DNA of 64,000 nucleotides, taken from contig OY969801.1 in assembly GCA_963703225.1 (NCBI GenBank), forward strand, positions 1,856,001-1,920,000, in the 5' to 3' direction. The notes under the pieces are model-generated. The model did no database searches. It was not told where the DNA came from and saw nothing but the letters and a program-made list of their open reading frames with translations. A program made the position numbers and the translations under genes. Below, in pieces: positions 32,091 to 42,409 of the stretch. Source of the stretch: Candidatus Eiseniibacteriota bacterium (GTDB lineage Bacteria > Eisenbacteria > RBG-16-71-46 > SZUA-252). Positions within the stretch are counted from its first letter, which is position 1, and each line of letters opens with the position of its first letter.

Positions 32091-34366
32091 TTCTCGCCAC
32101 CCTCTCGAAGATCTTCGCGAACATCGGATCGTCGCGCACGCTGTCGAACGCGGCCTCATGGCGAAGTGCCAATCGACCCACACTTCCCATGACCTTCACC
32201 TGGCTCAAGACCGAGACAAGGTTCTCCCTTTCGTCGAGGCCGAGGTAGGCGTATGCGTATCGTTCCCATGAAACGTGCTCCCTTTGGGCGCGCGACCGCA
32301 GTTCGCGCAGCATCCCGCGGGCCTCCTCGACGCGACCCAGCCGGCCCAGTATGTAGGCGCGAGCGGAGGTGATGTCGACACGCCATGCGATGTCCGGCGA
32401 GACCGCGTCCAGACTGGAAAGGGCCTCATCCAGCCTCCCCAACGCTGCGAGACACAATGCGATTCGCTGGTGCGGCCACATGACACCCGGCTCCAGCGTA
32501 ACCGCCTCGCGGAAATAGTGGAGCGCCTCCTCCTCCCTTCGCGAGAACATGAGCAGATTTCCATGGACGATGTTCACGGTCGCCGAGACGGGATCCAAAA
32601 TGTGGGCACGGTCGATTAGGGCGAAGGCGCCTTTCAAATCTCCCCCTGTAATCGTGACGATGGCGCCCCAGTAGAGAGCCGGGACATAGTTGGGATTTAG
32701 CTCCAGCGCCCGCTGAAAGCTCCCCATCGCCTTCCCGGTGTGCCCCAGGTGGCCGAGCACGGCAGCCAGGGAGGTGTGTGCGTCGGCGAGATCCGGGTCC
32801 AGCTCCAGCGCCTTCCTCGCGGCTGCTTCGGATCGCCGGATCGCCTCCTCGCCGGGAAGAACCGTGTAGGTGAGCGTCACGTTGTAGACGTCAGAGAGCC
32901 CGGAATACGCGGGGGCAAACCTCGGATCGGCCTCGATCGCGCGCTCGAACCACACTAGCCCCTGGAGCAGCGCCTCCGGCGTCCGCTTGTTCCAGTAAAA
33001 CCGGCCTTTCAGATAGGCCTCGTAGGCGGCGCTGTTCGTGATGCTGGGATCGGAAGGGTGCGTCATCGCTCCCCCGGGGCGCACGGGTGATGTCGTCGGA
33101 AGCTCTCGCAGCGGGACAAGCTCCAACTCCAGCGCCTTGGCCACGGTTGACGCCACCTCGTCCTGCAGCTCGAACACATCGGCAAGTCGACGATCGTAGG
33201 TCTCCGCCCAGAGGTGGCTCTGATCCGACACCTGGATGAGCTGAGTCGTGATTCGGATCCGGTCGCCGGCGCGCCGCACGCTCCCCTCCAGCACGAATTC
33301 CGCGCCAAGCTCGGCCCCGATCTCGCTAATGCTCTTCTGCGTCTTCTTGTACCGCATGGCCGAGGTGCGAGCGATCACGCCGAGCCGTCTCGGTTGGGCG
33401 CGTCCAAGGTGGGCGATGAGCTCATCGGTCATCCCGTCCGTGAAGTACTCCTGGTCGGGGTCGGCGCTTAGGTTCTCCAGCGGCAGGACCGCGAGCATCA
33501 CGCGGTCCTTCGACGCGTCGGGTCCTTTGGCTCCCGCGGCGGAGAGCGCGTCGGCAAAGTCCGAGAGCGTTCGGTATCGGTCCGCGGGCGCCTTGGAGAG
33601 CGCTCGCGCGAGCGCCGCCGACACGGGAGGCGGTGTGCTCGGTCTCAAGGAGGCGATCGGACGAGGCTCGGCCGTTCGGTGCTGGGATAGCACGTTGTCG
33701 GAGGATGGACCGGTGAACGGCGGCTGCCCCGCGAGCATCTCGTAGACGACGCACGCGAGCGCGTACTGGTCCGATCTGGAATCGAGCGACGCGCCCGCGA
33801 TCTGCTCCGGGCTCATGTAGGCCGGGGTTCCCGATCGGGATGATGGTGCGCGTCGGCCACGCTCTCATCGCTCCCACCGGATCGGGCGATGCCGAAGTCG
33901 AAGACCAGCGCATGCCCTCCAGAGATCAGGATGTTCTCCGGTTTGACGTCCCGATGGATCAGCCCCTGCTCGTGCGCGTACCGGAGCGCATCGGCCACCT
34001 CGCCGGCGATCCGGATCGCGTCTTCGATCGGCAGCTGACGCTCGCGGAGAAGCCTCTCGCGGAGCGATTCGCCCGATTATCAGCGGCATCACGATAGTAG
34101 AAGAGGTCGCCGGCATCTCCCGAGTCGAACAGCGGAACGATGTGGGGGTGGGAGAGCCGCGCCGCGGTTTCGATCTCCGCGCGGAAGCGCTTTGGGCCGA
34201 TCGCCGCGCCCACCTCGGGATCGAGGACCTTGATCGCGACCGCGCGGCCGTGCTTGAGATCGCGCGCTTCAAAGACGCGGCCCATTCCGCCGCGCGCCAG
34301 CTCACGCCGGATCTCGTAGCGATCCGAGAGTGCGGACTGGAGAAGGTTGAGAATTTCCTGTGGCAC
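32080..34366 (-). CDS. Ser/Thr protein kinase with TolB-like domain and TPR repeats (apparent frameshifts in the kinase domain)
   Basis: [53 protein letters not shown]; TPRs. Confidence 0.88.
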
Positions 34367-34382
34367 GCGGCCGGAACTCCGA

Positions 34383-35144
34383 TCAGTCGCGGAGGAGGTA
34401 CTCGACGGTTGTGACGACGCGGACGGTCTTCTGGATTTGCGACTGCTCGGTCCCCGCTCCTCCCTGCTCGGAGGAAGCCGCGTCGCGCGGGAGGATCACG
34501 AACACGCCCTGATTCGCCGAGTGGATACCGCCCAGACGGCTCTTCGAGTCCTTGGCGAACTGCTCGGCCGCTTTGCGTGCCTCCGCGGTCGCCTCCGCGA
34601 TCATGCTCGGCTTGAGATCGTTGAGGCGCCGAAAGACGTAGGCAGGACCGCCCGGACCCCATTCCGGCCCTGAGGACAGCACCACGCCCGAGTTCACCAG
34701 CTCCCCCACCTTCTGGCTGGCGGCCTTGATTCGATCCGGATCATCCGATCGGACCATCACCGTCTGCTGGATGATGAAACGATTCCCCGCTCGGTTGGCG
34801 GGGTTGTACACGTTGGCGAGGACATCGGTCACCTTGAGACCCTGGAGCTCGACCTCCGTGGAATCGATTCCGTTCGATCGGAGGAACGCCAAGACCTTGG
34901 CGACGTTTTGATTGATGCGCCCCTGGGCAATCGCGACGTTGTCGTCGGTCACCGCGAGCCGAATCGGCCAGAGGGCCAGGTCCGCCTTGACGGGCCGCTC
35001 GGCGACCCCTTTGACCGTGACGAACCGATCGGCCGTCCGGATGTTGGTGAGGCCGCTGCCGATGAACCAGCCGGCCAGGGCAATGCTCGCGGCCACGAGA
35101 ATGGCCCCAAAACCGCCGCGGGAGCCACGATCGCCGTCATTCAT
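34383..35144 (-). CDS. SIMPL (DUF541) domain protein
   Basis: RFVTVKGVAERPVKAD, LNDLKPSMIAEAT, ANQGVF, KTVRVVTTVEY; ATG 35144 lies 7 nt after TAGGAT. Confidence 0.88.
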   Translation of the reverse strand: MNDGDRGSRGGFGAILVAASIALAGWFIGSGLTNIRTADRFVTVKGVAERPVKADLALWPIRLAVTDDNVAIAQGRINQNVAKVLAFLRSNGIDSTEVELQGLKVTDVLANVYNPANRAGNRFIIQQTVMVRSDDPDRIKAASQKVGELVNSGVVLSSGPEWGPGGPAYVFRRLNDLKPSMIAEATAEARKAAEQFAKDSKSRLGGIHSANQGVFVILPRDAASSEQGGAGTEQSQIQKTVRVVTTVEYLLRD

Positions 35145-35211
35145 GGCTGCCATCCTACGGCTTTCCGGGGGAGTCGTGGAAGGTAGATTCGAGGGCGCGG
35201 CGCGCGTCTAC

Positions 35212-36630
35212 TCAGGGCGACGGCTGGAGCAGTCCGGCGAGCTTCCCTGCGATTCCGTCCAGCTCTTCGCTGGTGTACCAGGCGCCGCGGAGCATCACAC
35301 CGGCCCGGCGCCGAAGATTCTCGATGTCCTCGAGAGGGTTCGCGTCCAGCAGCACGAGGTCGGCCCGCTTTCCCACCTCCACGGTGCCGAGCTCGTTCTG
35401 CTGGCCGAGACAAGCGGCGGCGCTGCGAGTGCCGGCCGCCAGGATGGCGGCGGGTGTGACCCCGGCCGCGCGCAGGGCCCTGATCTCTTCCATCAGCGAA
35501 TAGCCGGGAACGCGGAATCTCCCGGGCGAGTCGGAGCCCAAGAGGAGTCCTGCCCCGACTTCGTCGAGCGCGCTGATGACCTCTCTCCGCCCGGCGATCT
35601 CGAGGGAATCCCGCTTTGATGCCGCGACACCCTCCGCGATTTCGGCCCGCTTCTTGGCCACCCAGTCCAGTCGGGTCGCCGTGGGGACGAGCAGAATTCC
35701 ATCGGCCCGCTCCAGCTTGGCCAAATTCCTGCTCAGATTCACTTCGTAGTAGTACTGCGTCGGACAGTTCCAGACGCCGGCGTCCCGGGTCGCCGCGACG
35801 TCGCTCCAGAGGGTCGATTCGGCGGCACCCTCGGCGGTCAGATATCCACCCAGGTGTTCGATCGAGCGCATGAAGCGGAGTGCACGCCCCAGCTCGATCC
35901 CTCGCCCCACGTGGCCAAAGCACGGGAGCCAGGCCTCCCGCGACGCCTTCACCACCGCGTTGAAGTAGGTCGTATCGTTGATCTCGAACATCTTGACGCA
36001 GTCATAGCCGTCGGAGCGATAGCGGAGGATCTTCCGCCGCGCTTCCTCCGCCGATGGGGTATCACGGGCGCTGATCGGCGGCGAGGCGATGTAGAGGGAC
36101 GGTCCGAGGATCTCTCCCCGCTCCACCCTCTGCTTGACGAGGGGATGGCTGGGAGTGCCGATCGTGCTCCGCACGGTGGTGATGCCGTTCGCGACGAAGA
36201 AGGCAAGATACGTTTGAAGCTCGCCCCAGTCCAAGTCGGGTTCGGGCATGTGGAAATGCATGTCCACAAGGCCCGGCATGAGGTACCTGCCGCCGCCTTC
36301 GATGACGGTCGCGCTCACCGGAATCACGGTGCTGCTCACCGGCCCGATCGACACGATCTGTGCCGCGTTGATGACCACGGTCTGGTGGCGGAGCACCTCG
36401 GCGGAGCTCATCGGAATGACGTTCACGTCGCGGAAGGCGACGACCTGTCGGCTCGCGGTCGCGAGCCTCGGCAGAAGCGGCGCGACCAGCGAATCGGCGT
36501 CGAGGAGCGCTTGGGCGGGTGTGGGCACGGCGGCTCCCGTAAGGAGCACGAAATGAAGAACGAGCAAGGATCGAAGACCCCGGTGGTCGCGACGCGCGGG
36601 GGCGCTTCTCCGGGCCCTCCTAGTCATCAT
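35212..36630 (-). CDS. Secreted amidohydrolase family protein
   Basis: Signal-like N-terminus; MPGLVDMHFH, GITTVR, IEHL, GSDS, GKRADLVLLDANPL; start overlaps the upstream cytochrome stop. Confidence 0.88.
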   Translation of the reverse strand: MMTRRARRSAPARRDHRGLRSLLVLHFVLLTGAAVPTPAQALLDADSLVAPLLPRLATASRQVVAFRDVNVIPMSSAEVLRHQTVVINAAQIVSIGPVSSTVIPVSATVIEGGGRYLMPGLVDMHFHMPEPDLDWGELQTYLAFFVANGITTVRSTIGTPSHPLVKQRVERGEILGPSLYIASPPISARDTPSAEEARRKILRYRSDGYDCVKMFEINDTTYFNAVVKASREAWLPCFGHVGRGIELGRALRFMRSIEHLGGYLTAEGAAESTLWSDVAATRDAGVWNCPTQYYYEVNLSRNLAKLERADGILLVPTATRLDWVAKKRAEIAEGVAASKRDSLEIAGRREVISALDEVGAGLLLGSDSPGRFRVPGYSLMEEIRALRAAGVTPAAILAAGTRSAAACLGQQNELGTVEVGKRADLVLLDANPLEDIENLRRRAGVMLRGAWYTSEELDGIAGKLAGLLQPSP

Positions 36631-38407
36631 GGCACTCCGCACAGGCCGCCCGCTTGAGGCGTGCCGTCGCCCCCACAGCCAGCTCGTGGCAGGTCGAGCA
36701 GGCAACCTCCTCATCGTCCACGTGCACGGAGTGGCTGAATTTGCCGCGGAAGCTTTGCACCGTGCCCTTCTTGATGCCAGCGTGGCAGGAGGCACAGGTG
36801 TCGGGCCGCTTCAAGTCGGCGGTCCTGTGGTGGCACGACTCACACCCTGAGGCGTCGAACCGTACGAACTCACCCTCGGGCTTCTCCTCGTGTGGCCGGT
36901 GGCAGCGAATGCAGTCGATCTTCTGTCCCATGACGTGCTTCGCGTGGGAAAATTGCCGTCCGAAGGCCTCCCCGTTCCGCTCCTCGATTCCCTCATGGCA
37001 CCCGAAGCAGGGGGACTCGTAGGGAGGCTCCACCCACGGGCGTGGAAGGGGTGCGAGCCCACGGTCGCGGCGGGCCGCGTTCATCTCCTCGTGAGATTCC
37101 CGCAAGAGCGCGTAGGCATACGGGATGTTGTGGACGCCGTGCCCGCGTCGCACGAGCGCTAGGTTGTGCCTCGCGTCGACGAACTGGGCCGACTCCACGC
37201 CGCCCAGCGCCCGGGCTGTCGCGTCGAGCTGGCTCGCCAGGGCCGCGGTCCGGCGCTCGGACCCTTCCTTCCAGCCTTGGAAGATCTTCTCGTATGCGGC
37301 GCCGTGGCAGGCCATACAGGAGATGTCCGAGGCGCGATTGACGTCGCCTCCGTGTCCCGGCAGCTCCATGTGGCAGCCCTCGCAGCGCACGCCCGCCTGG
37401 TACATGACGCTCGGCATCGACCGAACCCCGCGCCCACCCGTTCCCGTATAGAGGCTGAGCTGGGGCGAGTGGCTGGTCTCGTGACATCCTTCGCAATCGG
37501 CGGCGGCCGTCGCGATCCGTGCGGCCGCGGTCTTAGCTTGGACCGGGGTCACGTGCTCCAGGAGCAGGTGGCAGTACATACAGTCGATTTTGTGCTCGGT
37601 GACGTGCTTCCGGTGGAGCAACTCGGTGTCGCCGTACTCCTGGAGCCGCACGGCCTGGTTGTGACACGTGACGCAGCGCTCGCGAGGGACATTGCCGGTG
37701 CTCCCCTGTGGCTGCGCGTGGCACCACGTGCAGTCCATGCCGAACTTCTCGGCCTTCGCGTGGTCGAACGTGACGGCGCCCGCGCGGACCTGCTTCTGGG
37801 GATTCAGGTGACAAAGCGTGCACCTCGCGGTCCCCTCGCCCGCCTTCTGCCCCTTGAAATGGCAGAGGATACACGTCGAGGTGGTGACCGCGATGTGGCT
37901 CCCCTGGACGATCTGCGAGTGGCAGGACGTGCAGCGCAACGTCTTTCCGCGCCGCATTTCGACCAGATGGGCCGAGTGGTCGAACAGGACGTCGCCGACC
38001 ATCTCCTTCCCCATGAGGAGGCGTCGATCATGGCAACGGAGGCATGCTGCGTCCTCGATTTCCGTCCACGGGTTCGTCCCGTATGTGGCCGTGAAGTAGC
38101 GGGCGACCATGGAGAGAGCCTCGAACTTCTTTTGTATCTCCGCGGTGACGCCGGGCGCGATGTGGCACTCGACGCAGGCGACGTTCTTATGTGAGGAGTG
38201 ACGCCACGACTCATAGTAAGGCTTCATGATATGGCAGGAGCCGCAGAACTGCGGCCGGCTCGTCACTTCGACCGCGGTGAGGAGCCCGACGAGGCCCACA
38301 GCTGCGAGGATGCCCGCGCCCAACCCGATCGTCCGCCACCCCCCCGAGCGGAACCCATCCCGAAGCCTGGTGAAGACGTTGGGAGGAGGCGGCGTCCCAG
38401 TGCTCAA
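36620..38407 (-). CDS. Membrane-anchored 18-heme cytochrome c with NapC/NirT-like N-terminus
   Basis: N-terminal TM, TSRPQFCGSCHIMKPYYESWRHSSH; 18 CxxCH counted. Confidence 0.92.
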   Translation of the reverse strand: MSTGTPPPPNVFTRLRDGFRSGGWRTIGLGAGILAAVGLVGLLTAVEVTSRPQFCGSCHIMKPYYESWRHSSHKNVACVECHIAPGVTAEIQKKFEALSMVARYFTATYGTNPWTEIEDAACLRCHDRRLLMGKEMVGDVLFDHSAHLVEMRRGKTLRCTSCHSQIVQGSHIAVTTSTCILCHFKGQKAGEGTARCTLCHLNPQKQVRAGAVTFDHAKAEKFGMDCTWCHAQPQGSTGNVPRERCVTCHNQAVRLQEYGDTELLHRKHVTEHKIDCMYCHLLLEHVTPVQAKTAAARIATAAADCEGCHETSHSPQLSLYTGTGGRGVRSMPSVMYQAGVRCEGCHMELPGHGGDVNRASDISCMACHGAAYEKIFQGWKEGSERRTAALASQLDATARALGGVESAQFVDARHNLALVRRGHGVHNIPYAYALLRESHEEMNAARRDRGLAPLPRPWVEPPYESPCFGCHEGIEERNGEAFGRQFSHAKHVMGQKIDCIRCHRPHEEKPEGEFVRFDASGCESCHHRTADLKRPDTCASCHAGIKKGTVQSFRGKFSHSVHVDDEEVACSTCHELAVGATARLKRAACAECHDD

Positions 38408-39819
38408 CGATCGCGCTCAGCGGCCGCTGTCCGGCGGGCCCGGGTCACGATGGCCGCAGTGAGGAGGAGGTAGAACCAGAAGATAGCCAGCCCGACGTAG
38501 CGCCACCAGCGCCCCGCGAGTTTCTGGTCGATCTCACGGGTTACCTCGGACGCGATCGATCGCGCCCGCCGCGCGTGCGGCTCGACAAGGGTGGTGTCGA
38601 GCGAGTGTGTGACCGGCCCCATTTCGAGGAGCGCTGTCCGGGCGTCCTCCAGGCGTGACTCGTAGTCCTCGACGTACAGGGGGACCGCCGCGGCCTTCTG
38701 AACCGTTCGATGGGCTCGGTCGATTTCGGTGGAGGCAGTCGCGAGCATGGTCTTCATGCGGCCGGCGACATGTGCCTCGGGCGTTCCGGCATCATGGCAC
38801 TCGCCGCAGAAGAGGTCGAAGCTCTTCGGGCTCGGTTCGACCGTCTTGTGATTGTCGTGGCAGGCGGCGCACTCGGAGCGGCCCCCGGACTCGATCGACC
38901 CGCGGTGGGCGGAGACCAGGAAGTACGTCCGAGTCTTCGCGTGGCACTGGCCGCAGACTTTGTCCACGTCGCCGAATCCGGGCGGCCCAGCGCCGTGGCT
39001 CCCGTGGCAGTTCGCGCATTCGGGCGCTGCGTCATTCCCATCAAGAAGCAGCGCGCGGCCGTGGACCCCGGACTTGTAGTCGGCGAAGACGTTCTCCTTA
39101 ATTCCATGCCGCCGCATGAGCGCCGTGTCGCCGTGGCAATGGCCGCAGGTCGAGGGGATGTTGCGCCGGGCCACCAGGCTCTGCGGATCATCGCGCGGCC
39201 GGATCTCGTGCAGGCCGTGGCAATCGGTGCAGACGGCAACGCTCTCGTCCCCCTTCGCGAGCGCGATCCCGTGTCGCGAGGTCTTGTAGAGCGCGTATTG
39301 GTCCGACGGCAGGTTGTACGGGCGCATCTGCGCCACATCCGAGTGGCATGAGGCGCAGAGCTCGGGGATGTCTCGGCGTCGCAGCCTCCCGCGGTAGCCG
39401 TGGCCGCGATGGGCGGCCGTGACCGTGGTCGCATTCGGATCACCGCCGTGGCAGGAGATGCAGCCGATCTCCTCCGTCTTGTGGATCCCCTTATCGAACT
39501 TCACGCGGACGTCCGAATGGCAGACCCCGCACATTCCCGAGGTCCGGGCGGCCCGGGCGCCCGGCGGCACTGACCACAAGGGTCGATCGGCCGGTGCCGC
39601 GGCGCCGGCGGTCGAAGGCGACACCGCGGCCGAGGGCGGCGCTCCCGCCGGGGGCGCCACGGCGGGGGGCTCGGCGGCCGAAGGCTTGGAGATCGGCTGG
39701 GCTGGAGCCGCGGCAGAGTCCCGCGGGGCCGCCGGCAGCGAGTCCTGCGCCCGTGTCGGCCCGGCGACGGTGAGGCATACCGCAGACGCAGTCGCGGCCA
39801 GGAGGCGCATGTTCCTCAT
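38404..39819 (-). CDS. Nona-heme cytochrome c with signal peptide and C-terminal TM anchor
   Basis: 9 CxxCH, Pro/Ala linker, helical stalk, C-terminal WRYVGLAIFWFYLLL. Confidence 0.92.
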   Translation of the reverse strand: MRNMRLLAATASAVCLTVAGPTRAQDSLPAAPRDSAAAPAQPISKPSAAEPPAVAPPAGAPPSAAVSPSTAGAAAPADRPLWSVPPGARAARTSGMCGVCHSDVRVKFDKGIHKTEEIGCISCHGGDPNATTVTAAHRGHGYRGRLRRRDIPELCASCHSDVAQMRPYNLPSDQYALYKTSRHGIALAKGDESVAVCTDCHGLHEIRPRDDPQSLVARRNIPSTCGHCHGDTALMRRHGIKENVFADYKSGVHGRALLLDGNDAAPECANCHGSHGAGPPGFGDVDKVCGQCHAKTRTYFLVSAHRGSIESGGRSECAACHDNHKTVEPSPKSFDLFCGECHDAGTPEAHVAGRMKTMLATASTEIDRAHRTVQKAAAVPLYVEDYESRLEDARTALLEMGPVTHSLDTTLVEPHARRARSIASEVTREIDQKLAGRWWRYVGLAIFWFYLLLTAAIVTRARRTAAAERDR

Positions 39820-40955
39820 CGCGACACTTCCATCAACCAGCCGCGCCACGTCAGGAGCGCCCACGCCACCATCATGATCAGCCCGAGGACGAAGAATCCT
39901 CGCCGCCGCCGCGCTTCTCCGGCGCTCCGGTCCAGAAACGGCAGGAAGAGCACGCCCGCGAGCGCGGCGTCAAGAAGGAGCCCGCTGACAAACCGGGGCA
40001 CGATCGACGGCAGCGACTCCATCACCGCGTGGGGGGCGAGCAGGTACCACGGCGGCCGGGCGTCGGGCGGAGTGTGCATCAGATCCGCGGCCGCCTCGAA
40101 CGGGCGCGGCCAAACGATCGCGAGCGTCATGAGGATGCCCACCAGAAAGATTACGATCAGGAGCATGTCGTACATCGCGACGCGGAACGATCGGGTCGCC
40201 GGGGCGGCGACCACGCGGGACATGCCCACCCGCCTCACGCTCGAGAAGTGCAGGTAGAAAAGCCCGAGCATCACAAGGGGGAAGACCGCGAGGTGGAGGA
40301 CGTAGAAGCGCGTCAGCACGAGAGAGTCCACATCTCGCCCACCCACAAGGAAGGCTACCGCCGGGCCAATCAGGGGAAGCGCGTCGATCACCTCCAGCGC
40401 CCGCACGGTGGTCCAGTAGCCGGTCGCGTTCCATGGGAGGAGCCGTCCCGTGAGGTCGAGGAATGTGCCCACGAAGAACGCGAGTACGGCAGCCATCCAG
40501 ATGATCTCGCGGCCGTTCGAGTAAAGGCCCGCCAGAAAGAAACGGACCACGCGCGCCGCGAGTACTAGCACGAAGAGCGTCGCTGCCCATCCGTGAACCT
40601 GGTGGACGAGGAATCCGAACCGTATGTCGCGCGAGATGACGGTGGCCGATCCGTACGCCACGTCGGCCGTGGGCTGGTAGTAAAACGCCAGCAGCGTTCC
40701 GCTTACGGCGAGGAAGAGGAACAGGATGAACGAGACGATCCCCAGCACTCGCGGCCACCGCGCGTAGGACGGCAGCGGCTGCCGGAGCGCTTCCCGAAGC
40801 GCCACGCGAAGCGGCTTTCGCGAGTCCAACTCGGTTGGGAGGAGGCCGAAGACGCTCAGAAACGAGACGATCTCCGTCAGGTTGACGCGCGCCTCGAGCC
40901 AGCCCAGGAACGACCGCTTGCCTCCGGTGTTCTCTTGCACGGGGCCTCCACTCAC
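39816..40955 (-). CDS. Cytochrome b of a Rieske/cytochrome b complex
   Basis: SGTLLAFYYQP, VHGW, TGRLLPWN, LTRFYVLH...LHF, RPPWYLL (PEWY variant). Confidence 0.9.
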   Translation of the reverse strand: MSGGPVQENTGGKRSFLGWLEARVNLTEIVSFLSVFGLLPTELDSRKPLRVALREALRQPLPSYARWPRVLGIVSFILFLFLAVSGTLLAFYYQPTADVAYGSATVISRDIRFGFLVHQVHGWAATLFVLVLAARVVRFFLAGLYSNGREIIWMAAVLAFFVGTFLDLTGRLLPWNATGYWTTVRALEVIDALPLIGPAVAFLVGGRDVDSLVLTRFYVLHLAVFPLVMLGLFYLHFSSVRRVGMSRVVAAPATRSFRVAMYDMLLIVIFLVGILMTLAIVWPRPFEAAADLMHTPPDARPPWYLLAPHAVMESLPSIVPRFVSGLLLDAALAGVLFLPFLDRSAGEARRRRGFFVLGLIMMVAWALLTWRGWLMEVSR

Positions 40956-41410
40956 AGGTGGACGATGATCTCGTCAGACCGGATCTCGGCCGAATATTGG
41001 GGAAGCGGGCGCTTGGGAGGTCCCGAGAGCACGTTGCCCGTCTTGTCGAACGCGCCGTCGTGGCAGGGACACCGATACGTGCCGTTCTCGCGGTTCCATT
41101 GGAGCACGCAGCGCACGTGGGTACAGATGGCCGAGACCGCGAGGACTTTGGATTCACCCAGACGCACTACAAAGATCGGCTCGGCGCCGTGGCGCACGAG
41201 GCGCGCCTCGCCAACCGCCAGGGACGAAAACGTGCCACAGCGGAGCAGTCGCTCGCCGGGGCGGCGATCGTTCTCCGCCGGCGCCTTGAGGAACGAGGCT
41301 CCGGCAAGGGCCGCCGCGGGAGCCCACAGGGCCAAGAAACCGCGGCCGAGCCATTTCAGAAACCCGCGGCGCTCGAGATCGGTCCCTTCGCTATCCTTCA
41401 CGCGCGTCAT
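40952..41410 (-). CDS. Rieske 2Fe-2S protein
   Basis: Tat motif ERRGFLK; CTHVRC and CPCHDGAFD; GPPKRPL. Confidence 0.95.
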   Translation of the reverse strand: MTRVKDSEGTDLERRGFLKWLGRGFLALWAPAAALAGASFLKAPAENDRRPGERLLRCGTFSSLAVGEARLVRHGAEPIFVVRLGESKVLAVSAICTHVRCVLQWNRENGTYRCPCHDGAFDKTGNVLSGPPKRPLPQYSAEIRSDEIIVHL

Positions 41411-41566
41411 CCCCTCTCTGGTGGGTCCCCAGCCGCGGCGGCGCGCCAGGCCGGCGGGACCGGCGCCAGGTTCATAGAGTGGACATATGACTTAGAGATA
41501 ACGAAATACAGGTGGCAGACGAGAATTGCAAGCGCCGCGAGTCTGGCCGGCCACTGCGGCGGCATC

Positions 41567-42409
41567 TCAACGATGTCCGGAGACCATCGCATAGATGATG
41601 CAGACCACGATGGCAATGCCGATCGTCAGAGTGGTCCAGGCGAACGCGCGGATCGTTCGGATGACGATCGGCTGATAGGTCTCTACGAGGTGCTTCTCCA
41701 GCTCCCCGCTCTTCACCAGGGCCTCGTACTCCCCCGGCTTGTCCCGCTTGAATTCCTCGAGTGGCATCCGCCCCGTGAAGATCACGATGTCCATTGGGAA
41801 CTTCTCCGGCCGGAGGTGCGTGTTGAAGAAATGCACCGTAAAAATGAACCCCACCGCCAGGAGCGCCTCGTCGCTGTGAATGATCGTGGCGACGTTGATG
41901 AACCAGCCAGGGACTATCCGGGTGAAGAGCACGGGGAACCAGAGCATGAGGCCGGTGGAACCGATCACCGTGACCCCCCAGAAGACGGCAAAGTAGTCGA
42001 ACTTCTCCCAATAGGTCCACCTTCCGTACTCTGGCCGCGGGCCCTTACCCAAGAACCACTTGATGCTGCCGGTGAGCTCGACCAAGTCGCGTCGCGTGAA
42101 GAGCATCGTGTTCGGGCCCAAGAGCAGAGCCCGCCAGGTCCCGAACTCGCGTCGCTTCCTTCGCGCGAGGTCGACCAGATGGGTGGCGAAGGTGCCGATC
42201 ATGAACACGGCAGCGACTCGATGGATATAGCCCGCCGTCTCGAAGCCTCCGAAGACGCGAGCAAGGACGCGCGCCCACCCGGTGTAGGAGAACTTGAGCG
42301 TGAGCCCGGTGAGGGCGAGGCTCAGGAAGCTCACCATCAATACCGCGTGGAGCGCGCGGTTGAGGCGCGAGAAGCGCTCGTACTGAAGCACCGGCCTCTC
42401 AGGGCTCAT
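41567..42409 (-). CDS. FdnI/HydC-type di-heme cytochrome b (CbcL membrane-domain-like)
   Basis: [38 protein letters not shown]. Confidence 0.9.
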   Translation of the reverse strand: MSPERPVLQYERFSRLNRALHAVLMVSFLSLALTGLTLKFSYTGWARVLARVFGGFETAGYIHRVAAVFMIGTFATHLVDLARRKRREFGTWRALLLGPNTMLFTRRDLVELTGSIKWFLGKGPRPEYGRWTYWEKFDYFAVFWGVTVIGSTGLMLWFPVLFTRIVPGWFINVATIIHSDEALLAVGFIFTVHFFNTHLRPEKFPMDIVIFTGRMPLEEFKRDKPGEYEALVKSGELEKHLVETYQPIVIRTIRAFAWTTLTIGIAIVVCIIYAMVSGHR

